DNA of 64,000 nt, from the NCBI GenBank assembly GCA_016197285.1, contig JACPWD010000019.1:37992-101991 (forward strand), in the 5' to 3' direction. The notes beneath the pieces are model-generated. The model saw only the letters and a program-made list of their open reading frames with translations. It was not told where the DNA came from and did no database searches. How positions within the stretch are numbered: position 1 is the stretch's first letter; each line of letters opens with the position of its first letter. The position numbers and the translations under genes are program-made. The DNA comes from Deltaproteobacteria bacterium. Lineage in GTDB: Bacteria; Desulfobacterota; Binatia; Bin18. Positions 20,877 through 31,024 of this stretch are shown piece after piece.

Positions 20877-22760
20877 ATGGGGATACTCAATCCGTCAGCT
20901 CTGCCGTTTCTTGCCGTTCTCGGCGTGCTCGTCCTGATTTACCTGCGCGAGCGCCTACGCACGCGCATCGAAGTGCCGGCGTTGCTCTTCTGGATGGAGG
21001 TGAAGGAAGATCGCCTGCGCATTCGGCGTTTCCTGCCCAGCCTGCTGTTTTTCCTGCAAGCGCTGCTGCTCCTCCTCCTCGTCGGCGGCTTGCTGCATCC
21101 TTTCCGTCCGACCACCGTGACCGAGACGCGCGGGCATCGCTGGATCTTCGTGTTCGATGTCTCGGCCAGTATGCAGGCGCGCGAAGGCCGCGCTCAGCGC
21201 TTCGAACTCGCACTCGATCAAGCCAAGCAGGTGGTGAAAACCCTCGGTACGTTGGACGAGGTGATGCTCATCAGTGTGGCGACACGTCCGAAGCTGGTCA
21301 GCGGTTTTACGACTGACCACCGTGTCGTTTTGCATCTGCTCGAAACCTTGCATCCTCTCGATGCCGGTGCCAATCTCACCTTGGGCGTGGAGCTAGCGCT
21401 GGCGCAACGCGACCGGGAAGGGCGACAAGCCAAGGTCCATGTGTTTACCGACTTGCCGAAGAACGCCCTTGCCCTTCCAGAGGAGCAGGTGCAGGACATT
21501 GTCTACCATCGGATTGGGAAAAACGACGATAACGTGGCCATCGCTGCGCTCCAACTGTACCAGAACCCGTTCCAAAACTACTCGCAGGCGCAGGCGTACG
21601 TGTTAGTGCGCAACTACGCCTCTCGGGTGCGCAGCGGAACGTTGACCGTGTTGTTGAACGACAAGTCGATTTTCCGCCGCGATTTCACTTTGCCGTCGCG
21701 CGAGGTCATGTCGTTTTCCGTGAAGGGCTTCGACGAGCCTGGGCAACTGGTGGCGCGGATCGAGCCAAGTGACGCTTTAGCCGTGGATAATCAAGCCTTG
21801 ACCTGGCTGGCGGAACGCGGACGACGGCGCTTAGTCGTGGTGTCGGCGGCCAAGGGACTTCAGGAAGAGCTGGAGCGCGTGAGCCGTTCCATTCCCGGTC
21901 TGGAAGTATCGTCGGTCGCTCCCAGCGCTTTTGCCCAAGCGAAACTCGACCCGCAAGACGTGGTGCTGTTCCACCAGTTCGTCCCGGCCGCGACGGTAGC
22001 GGCCAACAGCCTCTATATTTTTCCTCCGTCCGAGAACCCGCTGTTTCCGGTGGTCAGCGAAGCGGCGGACCTCAACATTCTCGATTGGCGACAAGAACAT
22101 GAGATCCTCCAGAATCTGCGTTATGTGGAAGCCTTGCCGTTGAAGAAGGCCCGGGTGTTGGCGCTGCCCTCCTGGGCACAGGTGTTGATCTCGTCTCGGA
22201 CGCGCACCGGCGAGGTGCCGCTCGCCTTCAGCGGCGAGAAAGATGGGCACAGAGTGGTGTGTTTGGCCTTCGATCTGAATAAAGGGAATTTGACCAACTC
22301 CGATAATTTGACTTTGCTCCTGCTCTTTCTCAATACGATTCGTTGGCTGTTACCGCACGATCCCAGCACGCCGATGCCGATCGCTGCCGGCGAAACCTTC
22401 TTTTTGCCGGCGGATGCCGCCCACGATTCGCCCCGGGTGCGAGCGCCAAACAAGCAAGAAACTTTGATCGATGGTGGCGTGGTCGAAGTGGAACAGGTCG
22501 GGGAGTATCGGGTGACGGGTAGTCGTTATCAGGCGACGCTCTACGCCAATCTGTTCGATGACGAAGAGTCCGACATCGGACGAGGGGACGAAGACCAAGC
22601 CGTGAGCGCGCCGGCGAAGACCGAGACGTTCGCGCCGCAAGAACTCGTGCGCACCGTGCCGGAAGAATTTGGCCGCTCTTTGTACTACGGTGCCGCGCTC
22701 GTCTTGCTGCTCGAATGGTTGTATGCGCTGTGGCGTTACCGGCGCATGAGGGTGTCATGA
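20877..22760 (+). CDS. BatA-like vWA-domain membrane protein
   Basis: N-terminal double-transmembrane segment (MGILNPSALPFLAVLGVLVLIYL...LLFFLQALLLLLLVGGLL) followed by a vWA domain (WIFVFDVSASM). The longer 20781 start in the track lacks an RBS. Confidence 0.8.
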   Translation: MGILNPSALPFLAVLGVLVLIYLRERLRTRIEVPALLFWMEVKEDRLRIRRFLPSLLFFLQALLLLLLVGGLLHPFRPTTVTETRGHRWIFVFDVSASMQAREGRAQRFELALDQAKQVVKTLGTLDEVMLISVATRPKLVSGFTTDHRVVLHLLETLHPLDAGANLTLGVELALAQRDREGRQAKVHVFTDLPKNALALPEEQVQDIVYHRIGKNDDNVAIAALQLYQNPFQNYSQAQAYVLVRNYASRVRSGTLTVLLNDKSIFRRDFTLPSREVMSFSVKGFDEPGQLVARIEPSDALAVDNQALTWLAERGRRRLVVVSAAKGLQEELERVSRSIPGLEVSSVAPSAFAQAKLDPQDVVLFHQFVPAATVAANSLYIFPPSENPLFPVVSEAADLNILDWRQEHEILQNLRYVEALPLKKARVLALPSWAQVLISSRTRTGEVPLAFSGEKDGHRVVCLAFDLNKGNLTNSDNLTLLLLFLNTIRWLLPHDPSTPMPIAAGETFFLPADAAHDSPRVRAPNKQETLIDGGVVEVEQVGEYRVTGSRYQATLYANLFDDEESDIGRGDEDQAVSAPAKTETFAPQELVRTVPEEFGRSLYYGAALVLLLEWLYALWRYRRMRVS

Positions 22761-25402
22761 TCTACGATATTGCCGGTGTGACTTATACCTTGACCGCACC
22801 CGAATGGATGTGGTTGCTGATGCTGACGCCTTTGCTGTGGCTCCCGCTCTTCTGGCAGCCTCGGCGCGCGGTGATGAGCATAGCGGCGGTATTCCGCTCC
22901 TTGGCTGCGGCGTTACTGGTAGCGGCGCTTGCCGGTCTCAGCACCCAGACCATTCTCTCCGAACATAAACTGGCTTTGGTCGCGGCGGTGGATACGTCAG
23001 ACAGCATCTCCGACGATGGCAAGGCGTGGACGCAAGAATATCTGACGCGGCTGACCAAAGTCTTAGAATCCTCGGACGAGTTCTCCATCGTCGCGTTTGC
23101 CGAGAATGCCGCGTTGCTGACGCCTCCCGGCCCGCCGACCAACGTTTCTGTTACGACTGAAGACTTGCAGGAATCCGTCTCCGGAGAGACCGGAGGAACC
23201 GACATCGCCCGCGCTTTGGAGCGGTCGTTGGCGCTCTACCCAGAAGAAGCGGAGAAACGTCTGGTCCTCGTTACCGATGGGAACGAAACCGACGGTGCGG
23301 CGAGACAACACATCGCGCTCGCGCGCCGCATGGGCGTCAAAATCTTCCCCGTCATTCCCCCATCGGGTCGGCATCCGGAAGTGTCTCTGGAAAAATTCAT
23401 GGTCCCGCCGCTTACGCGAGAAGGAAGTGCGTTCAGCATGCGTTTGATTGTCCGCAACGGCAACGACAAACCCGTGCGCGGCAGTGCGACCGTATTAGCG
23501 AACGATCAAGCCCTCACCCGCCAAGAGGTGAACTTGGAGCCTGGGCTTTCGGTGCTCGAAGTGCCGGCGCAGATTCTGCAACGCGGGAATTATCTCCTGC
23601 GCGCCGAAATCAAAGCCGCGCCCGACACCATTGCCGGCAACAATAAACAAATCGCCAACCTGGCTGTGACCGGCAAGATTCGCGCGCTCGTCATTACCGA
23701 TAATCCCAAAACTCATCTCGTGCGCGCATTGCAGCTCAAGGACGTGGAAACCGAGTTCCGCCGTCCGGAAGGGAGTCCCACCCGGATCGCCGAGCTGCTC
23801 GATTATAACTGCCTAGTGTTCGACGACATTGGACGGAGCGGCATTTCCACGCAGCAGATGAACGTGATCGAGAGTTATGTCCGCGACTTTGGCGGTGGGT
23901 TTCTCATGGCCGGTGGCCTCCGCACCTTCGGCGACCTGGGGTATCGCGGGACGACGGTCGAGCGCGTGCTCCCGGTGACGTTTCAAGAACAACGTCCGAA
24001 GAAAAAAAGACGCACGCCCATCGCGCTGTTTATCGTCGTCGATCGCTCCAACAGCATGGGCTACAACAGCAAGGTCCGTGGCTTGCACGACGGTCAGAAA
24101 ATGAAGTACGCGCAGAAGGCGGCTTTGGAGCTGTTAAGTCAGTTGCAAGATACGGATTATGCCGGTGCCATCGCCTTCGACTCCGAGCCCTACATGCTCA
24201 CTCCCCTTGGCGCGCTGGCCACGAATCGCGCCGACCTCATCGACAAAATCACCCGGCTCCAATATGGCGGTGGGACGGATTTTTACAGTGCACTGGAGAC
24301 AGCGGCCGATCAGTTGGCGCGCAGCCGCGGTTCGATCCGGCATATCATCCTCCTCACGGATGGCGACTCGAACCGCAGCCCGACCGATCATTACCCGCTC
24401 GTGGCTTCCGTCGCTCAACGGCAGATCAGCATCACAACGATCCGCATTGGCGACGACTCCGTCAATCTGCAACTCCTGTCGTATATGTCCGAGAAGACCG
24501 GCGGGCGCTTCTATCACGTGGAGAACGTAGAGATGCTGCCGCAGCTCATGATTAAAGACACCAAGCAGGTGATGCGCGAAAAAGAAGACGACGAGGACAA
24601 GGCGAAAGAGATCATTCCTCGCGTGGGCGAACGCGGGCAGATTCTCGGCGGCTTGGACGAGTTCCCGGCCTTGGAAGAATACATGTTGACCAAGCCGAAA
24701 GCCGGGGCCGATGTCCAACTGTACACCGACGCGCACAAAGAACACGACCCGCTGCTGGCCACGTGGCAATACGGGCTGGGCAAAGTCGTGGTCGCCACTT
24801 TCGACCCGAGCGGCGCCGGGTCGAGCGAATGGATTCGCTGGGAAGGCTACGGCAAGTTTTGGTCCCAGGCCGTGCGCTGGGCGATTCGCGACGAAACCCC
24901 GTGGGATTATCGCCTGAGTGCGCGCTATCGCGGCGACCGCACCGTGCTGCGCGCGGAATCGTTCGACAGCGACGAAGACGGAATCCTGCAAGTCCGTGTG
25001 CCGCGTGGCGGGCAGACCGATAACGCCACGATGATGCCGGTTGCGCCACGAGTGTACGAGGCGGTGCTCGCCGGGAAACGCCAAGGCGCTTTCCCGGTGA
25101 CGATTCTGAAACGGAAGGGTGGGCAAATCGTCAACCAAAAAAACGAAGTCGTCATGGTGGGACAATCCCCCGGGGCCGCGCTGGACGAATATCGCCAGCA
25201 GCACCCCAATCACGATCTTCTACGCGAACTGGCGGAAGGCACCCAGGGACGCATCGATCCCGACTTGAACGAGCTGGTGTCGCAGAAACGCGAAGGGCAA
25301 AAGAAACTCCTTCACCCATTGGAGAATAACTTGATCGTTGCCGCGCTCTTCCTACTCTTGGGCGATATCGCGCTACGGGTGTTCTTTGGACCGCCGGCCT
25401 GA
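22757..25402 (+). CDS. Large vWA-domain protein (two vWA domains plus a C-terminal glutamine-amidotransferase-like/DUF4159-like region), Bat-like operon
   Basis: ATGA overlap with the preceding gene. Two MIDAS-containing vWA domains (LVAAVDTSDSISDDG; IVVDRSNSMG). N-terminal transmembrane helices. Confidence 0.8.
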   Translation: MIYDIAGVTYTLTAPEWMWLLMLTPLLWLPLFWQPRRAVMSIAAVFRSLAAALLVAALAGLSTQTILSEHKLALVAAVDTSDSISDDGKAWTQEYLTRLTKVLESSDEFSIVAFAENAALLTPPGPPTNVSVTTEDLQESVSGETGGTDIARALERSLALYPEEAEKRLVLVTDGNETDGAARQHIALARRMGVKIFPVIPPSGRHPEVSLEKFMVPPLTREGSAFSMRLIVRNGNDKPVRGSATVLANDQALTRQEVNLEPGLSVLEVPAQILQRGNYLLRAEIKAAPDTIAGNNKQIANLAVTGKIRALVITDNPKTHLVRALQLKDVETEFRRPEGSPTRIAELLDYNCLVFDDIGRSGISTQQMNVIESYVRDFGGGFLMAGGLRTFGDLGYRGTTVERVLPVTFQEQRPKKKRRTPIALFIVVDRSNSMGYNSKVRGLHDGQKMKYAQKAALELLSQLQDTDYAGAIAFDSEPYMLTPLGALATNRADLIDKITRLQYGGGTDFYSALETAADQLARSRGSIRHIILLTDGDSNRSPTDHYPLVASVAQRQISITTIRIGDDSVNLQLLSYMSEKTGGRFYHVENVEMLPQLMIKDTKQVMREKEDDEDKAKEIIPRVGERGQILGGLDEFPALEEYMLTKPKAGADVQLYTDAHKEHDPLLATWQYGLGKVVVATFDPSGAGSSEWIRWEGYGKFWSQAVRWAIRDETPWDYRLSARYRGDRTVLRAESFDSDEDGILQVRVPRGGQTDNATMMPVAPRVYEAVLAGKRQGAFPVTILKRKGGQIVNQKNEVVMVGQSPGAALDEYRQQHPNHDLLRELAEGTQGRIDPDLNELVSQKREGQKKLLHPLENNLIVAALFLLLGDIALRVFFGPPA

Positions 25403-25441
25403 GAAAGCGCGAAAAAGGGGAAAAGAGAAGAGGGAACGACA

Positions 25442-26011
25442 ATGGAGCCGACGAATTCCCTTGCTCTCAAAGAATGGGCGGTGGTGGTCGAGTCGCTGAC
25501 GAGCGGAAAACAGATCCTCCTGCTACGCAAAGGCGGCATTCGCGAACGCGGGGGCCAATTGTCCACAGAGCCGACCGAGTTCTTCTTCTTTCCCACCTAC
25601 GTGCATCAGATGGAGCAAGGCGTTGTGTCCGACGCGGCTCTGGAACTCCAGGCGGCGCTCGCGGCCGAACCGCCGGAAGACCAGCTCTTGATTCCCGCCT
25701 ATGCCACGGTGACGGAAGTGCAGTGGCTTGACGCGCGCGAGTCCGTGGACGCTTTGACTGGGCTGCATTGCTGGACCTCGGACACGGTCGAGAAACGCTT
25801 TGCTTACAAAAAGCCGGGACTCTATCTCTTCGCGTTGCGAGTTTACCGACTGCCCCAACCGTACCGTTTACCGATGTTAAAGCGTTATGCCGGCTGCCGT
25901 TCGTGGGTGGAGTTGGGAGCAACCCTGAGCACAGCGGGAGCGACGCCGGTGTTGGACGACGAGGCCTTCACCCAGCAGGTAAGGCGTGTGAAGGAACGGC
26001 TCTGCGGCTAG
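25442..26011 (+). CDS. DUF1802-family protein
   Basis: N-terminal ALKEWAVVVESLTSGKQILLLRKGGIRE matches what I recall of the DUF1802 signature. 189 aa. Confidence 0.6.
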   Translation: MEPTNSLALKEWAVVVESLTSGKQILLLRKGGIRERGGQLSTEPTEFFFFPTYVHQMEQGVVSDAALELQAALAAEPPEDQLLIPAYATVTEVQWLDARESVDALTGLHCWTSDTVEKRFAYKKPGLYLFALRVYRLPQPYRLPMLKRYAGCRSWVELGATLSTAGATPVLDDEAFTQQVRRVKERLCG

Positions 26012-26023
26012 GCAGAGCCACCC

Positions 26024-26266
26024 TCAGCCGACGATCCGCAGAACGACATAGGGCACCAAGTTGAATAGAATGATGCCTATCTTGAAGATCGCCATCCCGA
26101 CGTAGTGCAGGGCGTCGAACTGCTCGCGGGACAGATGAAACCATCGGCCATGGAGTCGCTGAATCCAATCGTGCGCAAATGCGAAGAACAGAAACCAAAC
26201 CAGCAACACTCCGTAGTTGATAACCGTACACCACAGAAGAAAGTTACGTGTCGCTTCAATGCTCAT
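26024..26266 (-). CDS. Small membrane protein, hypothetical (80 aa)
   Basis: ATG at 26264-26266 preceded by AGGAGGAAAAG. Two predicted transmembrane helices (FLLWCTVINYGVLLVWFLFFAF; MAIFKIGIILFNLVPYVVL). Confidence 0.55.
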   Translation of the reverse strand: MSIEATRNFLLWCTVINYGVLLVWFLFFAFAHDWIQRLHGRWFHLSREQFDALHYVGMAIFKIGIILFNLVPYVVLRIVG

Positions 26267-26304
26267 CTTTTCCTCCCTTTGGCGGCTAACGCCGAGGTTG
26301 GACC

Positions 26305-26577
26305 TCACGGCGGGGGTGCACAGCTTTTGCAAACGCGCAAGACTTTGTTTTGATCGCTAGCCCACTTCCGAAGCTCTGCGAGCTTATCCGAACATGCTTT
26401 TGGAGTGTCCACTAGCTTCGCTTCAAAAGCACTGAACTGCAAAAGATGAGTGCACTTCGCAATGTGAAGCATCCACTCGTTCACCTTTTCGTTCACTACG
26501 AAACTTTGCGGATTTGCGTCGCGCCACGACGCGTAGTCATTTTCAGCGTTCTCTATCGTCCGATCAAAACGTTTCAT
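26305..26577 (-). CDS. Hypothetical small protein (90 aa, Cys-containing C-terminus), lower-GC gene
   Basis: ORF with a reasonable start, co-directional with and immediately upstream of the 26024-26266 gene. No recognisable family. Confidence 0.4.
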   Translation of the reverse strand: MKRFDRTIENAENDYASWRDANPQSFVVNEKVNEWMLHIAKCTHLLQFSAFEAKLVDTPKACSDKLAELRKWASDQNKVLRVCKSCAPPP

Positions 26578-26872
26578 CTAGTAATCCTGAGGTTCAACCA
26601 TCGATCAACGCGCCCTTTTGCCCTGATAGTACGATATTAGCCAGGTTTTCAGGCAGTTTCGCCCTGTGCCTATTATTAACGATCTCAAGGCACCGCGACG
26701 GAATCCCAATATGCCCGACACGATAAGAAGTCAACAGCTAAAACTCCTCGACGAAGTCCGTCAGGTATCCCATCTTTACCTCTTTTCTCGCACTTGAGTC
26801 GGGATTCTGTTGTGCCCCTCCTTGCTCCCCCGGTTTGACGCTGCGTTCCATCTGCGCCAAGATGACACAATT

Positions 26873-27292
26873 ATGGATGCCAAACTGGAAGCCCTACTGA
26901 ATCAGCTCCTTGAAGCGGAACGCGGCGGTCATGCTTTGCTTGAGACGATGGCGCGGGAGACCGCCGACTCGGAGATCAAAGCTCTCTTCGCCAATTTTAC
27001 CGACATCGAAATCGGTGATGTCAGCGTGCTGGAAGGACTCATTCGCTTGCACGGTGGCACGCCTTCGACCAAGACGGGCGATTTCGTAGAGAAGGTGCTG
27101 CGCTTGCAGAGCCTCCAGGAGCGAATCGATCTGCTCTCGCGCGGGCAAGCCTGGGTGGCTAGAAAAGTCGAGCAAGTGCTGGCGTTGAATCCGCCGCCGG
27201 AAGTCGCCGCCTTCCTGAAAGAGATGGCGAACCGCCACCGCCACAACATGGAATGGACGCGCGCCGAAGCCATTAAGACGTTCGACGAGTAG
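26873..27292 (+). CDS. Hypothetical helical protein (possibly ferritin-like / four-helix bundle)
   Basis: MDAKLEALLNQLLEAERGGHALLETMARE.... Coding bias is good. Start chosen at the internal ATG because the upstream part lacks an RBS. Confidence 0.5.
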   Translation: MDAKLEALLNQLLEAERGGHALLETMARETADSEIKALFANFTDIEIGDVSVLEGLIRLHGGTPSTKTGDFVEKVLRLQSLQERIDLLSRGQAWVARKVEQVLALNPPPEVAAFLKEMANRHRHNMEWTRAEAIKTFDE

Positions 27293-27325
27293 CCAGCCGT
27301 CGCGCCTGCGCTTTTCCCTTCTCGC

Positions 27326-28441
27326 ATGTTGCAAATGTTTGCGCTTCTCTTCCTGGCTCTCGCTTCGATCGAGATCTGCGGGCTCGCTTGGCTCGTGCCG
27401 CTCGATGCCTCCACTCTGCAATGGATTATCGCGCAGCGGTCCTGCTCGTTGGATTATGGCATGTTCGTTTTGCAGGATCGCGCTTTAAGTGTGCTGATCT
27501 TTTTCGGAGGGTCGACCTGCCTTTGGCTCTGTAGCCAACGACGGTGGCGAGAGGCGTGGCGTCTTGTCCTTGTCGTGTTAGTCGGCAGCTTTCTTTGCGA
27601 ACTGCTGAAGACCGGCATCGAGCGCGTGCGGCCTAGTGCGTTGCCGCCGCGAATGACCGGGAACAGTTTTCCCAGCGGGCATGTGGCGACCGCGTGCCTT
27701 GTCGCTGGGGCAGTGGGCTTCGCGGTGTGGCACGAGCGTCGCTCGGTGTTCTTCCGCGCTGCCACCATCGGTCTACTTGGTCTCCTGGTCGGAGCGGTCA
27801 TCTGGCAACGGCTCTATTTCGGGCATCATTGGCTCACCGACATTGTGGGGAGCGTGCTCCTCTCCGGGGCTTGGCTCTGCTTCGCGTTGCCGCACCCTCG
27901 GTTGTTTGTCTTGACTGGCCAGACTTCCTTCATTGCTTCCGGCTTACTCGCCAGTTATGTCGGGTTGTATTACTTCCCTGGCTTCCGTGTCTCGCTCCCT
28001 ACAGCGATACGGATTGAAGAAGTACCTGTGGTTATGGTGACTTTCGGTCGCCAGAGACAGCAAGAGCTGTTTCATGGTGCGTGGGGAGCTGACGCGCAGG
28101 AGGGGGTTGGACCAGTCACCTGGCTCGCGCGAGAGGAGGCAGGTCTTGAAGTTTTCCTGCCGCAAGCAGGAACCTATCGGCTCAACCTGACGGTGCGGCC
28201 GCTCCTACCGTCAAAAGCTTTTGCGTGTTTTCCTCTCGAAGTGGCGGTCAACCGGCATCGCCTCGGTTCGTTATTGCTCTATCGCGGCTGGCGCCAGTAT
28301 ACCCTGCCCCTCGATGCCCAGTGGATTCTGCCAGGAAAAAATACGCTCACGTTTCGTGCGGGAGAGGAGTTCCCGGACTCGGCCGCCGATACGCAAACCA
28401 TCGCTTTTCATCAGCTACGTTTCTTGAGGGACACCCGTTAG
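27326..28441 (+). CDS. PAP2-family phosphatase with an extended C-terminal domain
   Basis: PAP2 motifs KTGIERVRPS (KxxxxxxRP), FPSGHVATA (PSGH) and GHHWLTDIVGS (SRxxxxxHxxxD-like). Multiple transmembrane helices. Confidence 0.75.
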   Translation: MLQMFALLFLALASIEICGLAWLVPLDASTLQWIIAQRSCSLDYGMFVLQDRALSVLIFFGGSTCLWLCSQRRWREAWRLVLVVLVGSFLCELLKTGIERVRPSALPPRMTGNSFPSGHVATACLVAGAVGFAVWHERRSVFFRAATIGLLGLLVGAVIWQRLYFGHHWLTDIVGSVLLSGAWLCFALPHPRLFVLTGQTSFIASGLLASYVGLYYFPGFRVSLPTAIRIEEVPVVMVTFGRQRQQELFHGAWGADAQEGVGPVTWLAREEAGLEVFLPQAGTYRLNLTVRPLLPSKAFACFPLEVAVNRHRLGSLLLYRGWRQYTLPLDAQWILPGKNTLTFRAGEEFPDSAADTQTIAFHQLRFLRDTR

Positions 28442-28614
28442 CCTCATGGCCCGCTTTCCCAAAGGTGCGAACTGCGCCGCCCTTTTTCCCGGAAAAGAGA
28501 AAAGGAGAGAAGAATACCTATGTTTTTGCTTTTCGGTTCGGCGGCACTTTTCCTGCTACTCTTCCTACTTTGGTCCTCCGGTCCTCTAGTCGAACAATAG
28601 GAGTAAGGCAACAT

Positions 28615-29991
28615 ATGGCGAACCTCGGCACGGTGATGGTCGCGGATGACGAAGCTTTAGCGCGGCACAGTCTGGCGGAAGCTCTCCAAGAAGAAGGCTA
28701 CCTTGTCTATGAAGCGGCAGATGGGAATGCGGCTGTGCAACTCTTGGAAGAACGGGAGATCGACGTGGTCTTGTCCGACCTTAAAATGCCGGGTCTCGAC
28801 GGTCTTGCCATTCTCCAAAAGGTGCGCGAGCTGTACCCGCAAACCATGGTCCTCCTCATGACCGCCTACGCTTCCGTAGAAACCGTTATCGACGCGCTGC
28901 GGCTGGGTGCGCAAGATTACCTGCTCAAGCCGCTCTTGCTGGATGACGTGATGAATAAAGTGCGCCGCTTATTGGAGCACAAACAGCAAGCCTGGGAAGT
29001 GCAACTCCTCCGTCGCGAGCTGGCGCGGCGCTTGAGTCCCGATGGCTTAATCGGGAACAGTCCGGCGATGCAGGGAGTCTTGACGCTGATCTCTAAAGTG
29101 GCGCCGACCAACGCCACTGTGCTGATCGCCGGAGAAAGTGGCGTAGGGAAAGAAGTCGTTGCGCGAGCGCTTCATGCCCAAAGCGCTCAGAAGGATCGCG
29201 TCTTTCTGCCCATCAACTGTAGCGCTATCCCAGAAACTCTCCTCGAAAGCCAGCTTTTCGGTTATGTGAAGGGAGCATTCACTGGAGCCATGGGAAATCA
29301 AGAAGGCTTATTCCAGCGTGCCCGCGGCGGCACCATGTTTCTTGACGAGATCGGAGAACTGCCGCTGACACTCCAGCCGAAGCTGCTGCGGGCGATTGAG
29401 GAAAAAGAGGTATTGCCGGTGGGGGCGACGGTACCGGTGAAAACCGACATTCGACTGCTGGCGGCGACCAACCGCGATCTCAAGAGAGAAGTAGAGGAGG
29501 GGCGGTTTCGCGAGGACCTGTACTACCGCCTGAATGTGATTCAATTGACGATTCCTCCGCTGCGGGAACGGCGGGAAGATCTCCCGCTCCTCGTCGATTA
29601 TCTCGTGCATCGCCAGAACCGGGAGCTGAACAAATCGTATAAAGGTGTGGAAAACGCTGCGATGAAGATGGTGTTGGCCCTGCCTTGGAAAGGCAACATC
29701 CGGGAATTGGACAATGTCCTCGAACGCGGCATGATTCTCGGCAATGGCGAATGGATCACGCTGGCGGACTTACCGCGCACGGAGGCGCAAGACACGATGG
29801 ATGTTAGGCTTCTCGGCGACAATCTCAAAGAGGCAGTGCAAGCGTACGAGAAGAACCATGTCGAAACCGTCCTCAAGAAATTCGCTGGCGAGAAAAAGAG
29901 TGCGGCGGAAGCGCTCGGCGTGAGCCTCTCGTCGCTCTACCGCAAACTTGAGGAACTCGGCGTCCAGACAGACAAGAAAGGGCACCTATGA
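28615..29991 (+). CDS. Sigma-54-dependent response regulator (NtrC family: receiver plus AAA+ sigma-54 activator plus HTH)
   Basis: Receiver MVADDE...VLSDLKMPGLDG. AAA+ region VLIAGESGVGKEVVARALH with the GAFTGA motif (GYVKGAFTGA). C-terminal Fis-type HTH. ATG at 28615 in frame with the track ORF. Confidence 0.9.
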   Translation: MANLGTVMVADDEALARHSLAEALQEEGYLVYEAADGNAAVQLLEEREIDVVLSDLKMPGLDGLAILQKVRELYPQTMVLLMTAYASVETVIDALRLGAQDYLLKPLLLDDVMNKVRRLLEHKQQAWEVQLLRRELARRLSPDGLIGNSPAMQGVLTLISKVAPTNATVLIAGESGVGKEVVARALHAQSAQKDRVFLPINCSAIPETLLESQLFGYVKGAFTGAMGNQEGLFQRARGGTMFLDEIGELPLTLQPKLLRAIEEKEVLPVGATVPVKTDIRLLAATNRDLKREVEEGRFREDLYYRLNVIQLTIPPLRERREDLPLLVDYLVHRQNRELNKSYKGVENAAMKMVLALPWKGNIRELDNVLERGMILGNGEWITLADLPRTEAQDTMDVRLLGDNLKEAVQAYEKNHVETVLKKFAGEKKSAAEALGVSLSSLYRKLEELGVQTDKKGHL

Positions 29992-30509
29992 AATCGCCTG
30001 ACAGCGAAGCGAAGACCATCAGTGACTCTCCCACGCAAACGGCCGAGACCAGTGCCGCAGGCGCACCTCCGTGGCGGAGGCTGTTGGTGCCGGTAGACTT
30101 CTCCGCGTCTTCCGACGCGGCGTTGCTCTATGCGGTACAGCTTGCGCGGGTGAATGGGGCGACGCTCCACGTCTACCACGCGATCCCGTATCCGCATATG
30201 CTGGATGTGTTGTTCGAGCGCGGCTTTGCGCCCGAGGAAACCGTGCTGCGTATCCGCCGCAAAGGTCGTCATCACGTTCGGCAACTCCTTGCCTCCGTTG
30301 GTGTCGATGTTGCTCTGCGCTTCCATTTCCATGAGGGGGAAACGGTGGCGGCAATCCTCGCCTGGGTGGACAAGTTCAAACCGGACTTAATTGTGATGGG
30401 GACGCACGGACACCGTGGCGCTGCCCGCTTTTTTCTCGGCAGCGTTGCCGAAGCGGTCGTGCGGCAAGCGCCGTGCCCCGTACTGACGTTGCGGGCGACA
30501 CAAGCGTAG
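29988..30509 (+). CDS. Universal stress protein (UspA family)
   Basis: ATGA overlap with the regulator stop. Usp motifs (LLVPVDFSASS..., IVMGTHGHRGAARFFLGSVAEAVVRQAPCPVL). Confidence 0.85.
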   Translation: MKSPDSEAKTISDSPTQTAETSAAGAPPWRRLLVPVDFSASSDAALLYAVQLARVNGATLHVYHAIPYPHMLDVLFERGFAPEETVLRIRRKGRHHVRQLLASVGVDVALRFHFHEGETVAAILAWVDKFKPDLIVMGTHGHRGAARFFLGSVAEAVVRQAPCPVLTLRATQA

Positions 30510-31024
30510 GGACGAGGCTCCTGGCGCTATATGCAGAACACACCAAGATCTGGGCTTTTGGGCGCCACTGCTGGACCAGCCCAATGTTGTCTGGAATAAA
30601 TTCTCCGCTCATGCACAAAATCTCCTTGCCAGAGGGACCCTTTTAAGGAATGCGCCAGCATGGCGATCCTGCTGGCGCATTCGAGTCTTGCGCCTTTTCT
30701 CTCCCGGCGCTAAAGCGCCGGGCTACACAGCAACGCCGGATAAATCCGGCTTCCAAGCCCCGTTTACGGAGCGTTGTCTAGTAGCCCGGAGGGCGGAGGT
30801 GAGGTTTGGCATTTCGCCAGCAGTATCGCCCCGCTCCCGCACTCCATAGGCATCGCTGGCTATATGGCGGCCAGCGGTGCCACAACCTTCCCAACGAAGG
30901 GTCGTAATTTCCCGGACAGTATTGGGACCAGCCAGCAGTGTAAGCTGCACTCAAGCTCCGACTGTCACATCCCTATCTTGGTGTGCCTTCCATATCGGAG
31001 TTACCCAAGACCTGCCCCTGTCTT

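Noticed and set aside
24134-25213. 359-aa minus-strand ORF
   Set aside because: Antisense shadow of the large vWA gene.
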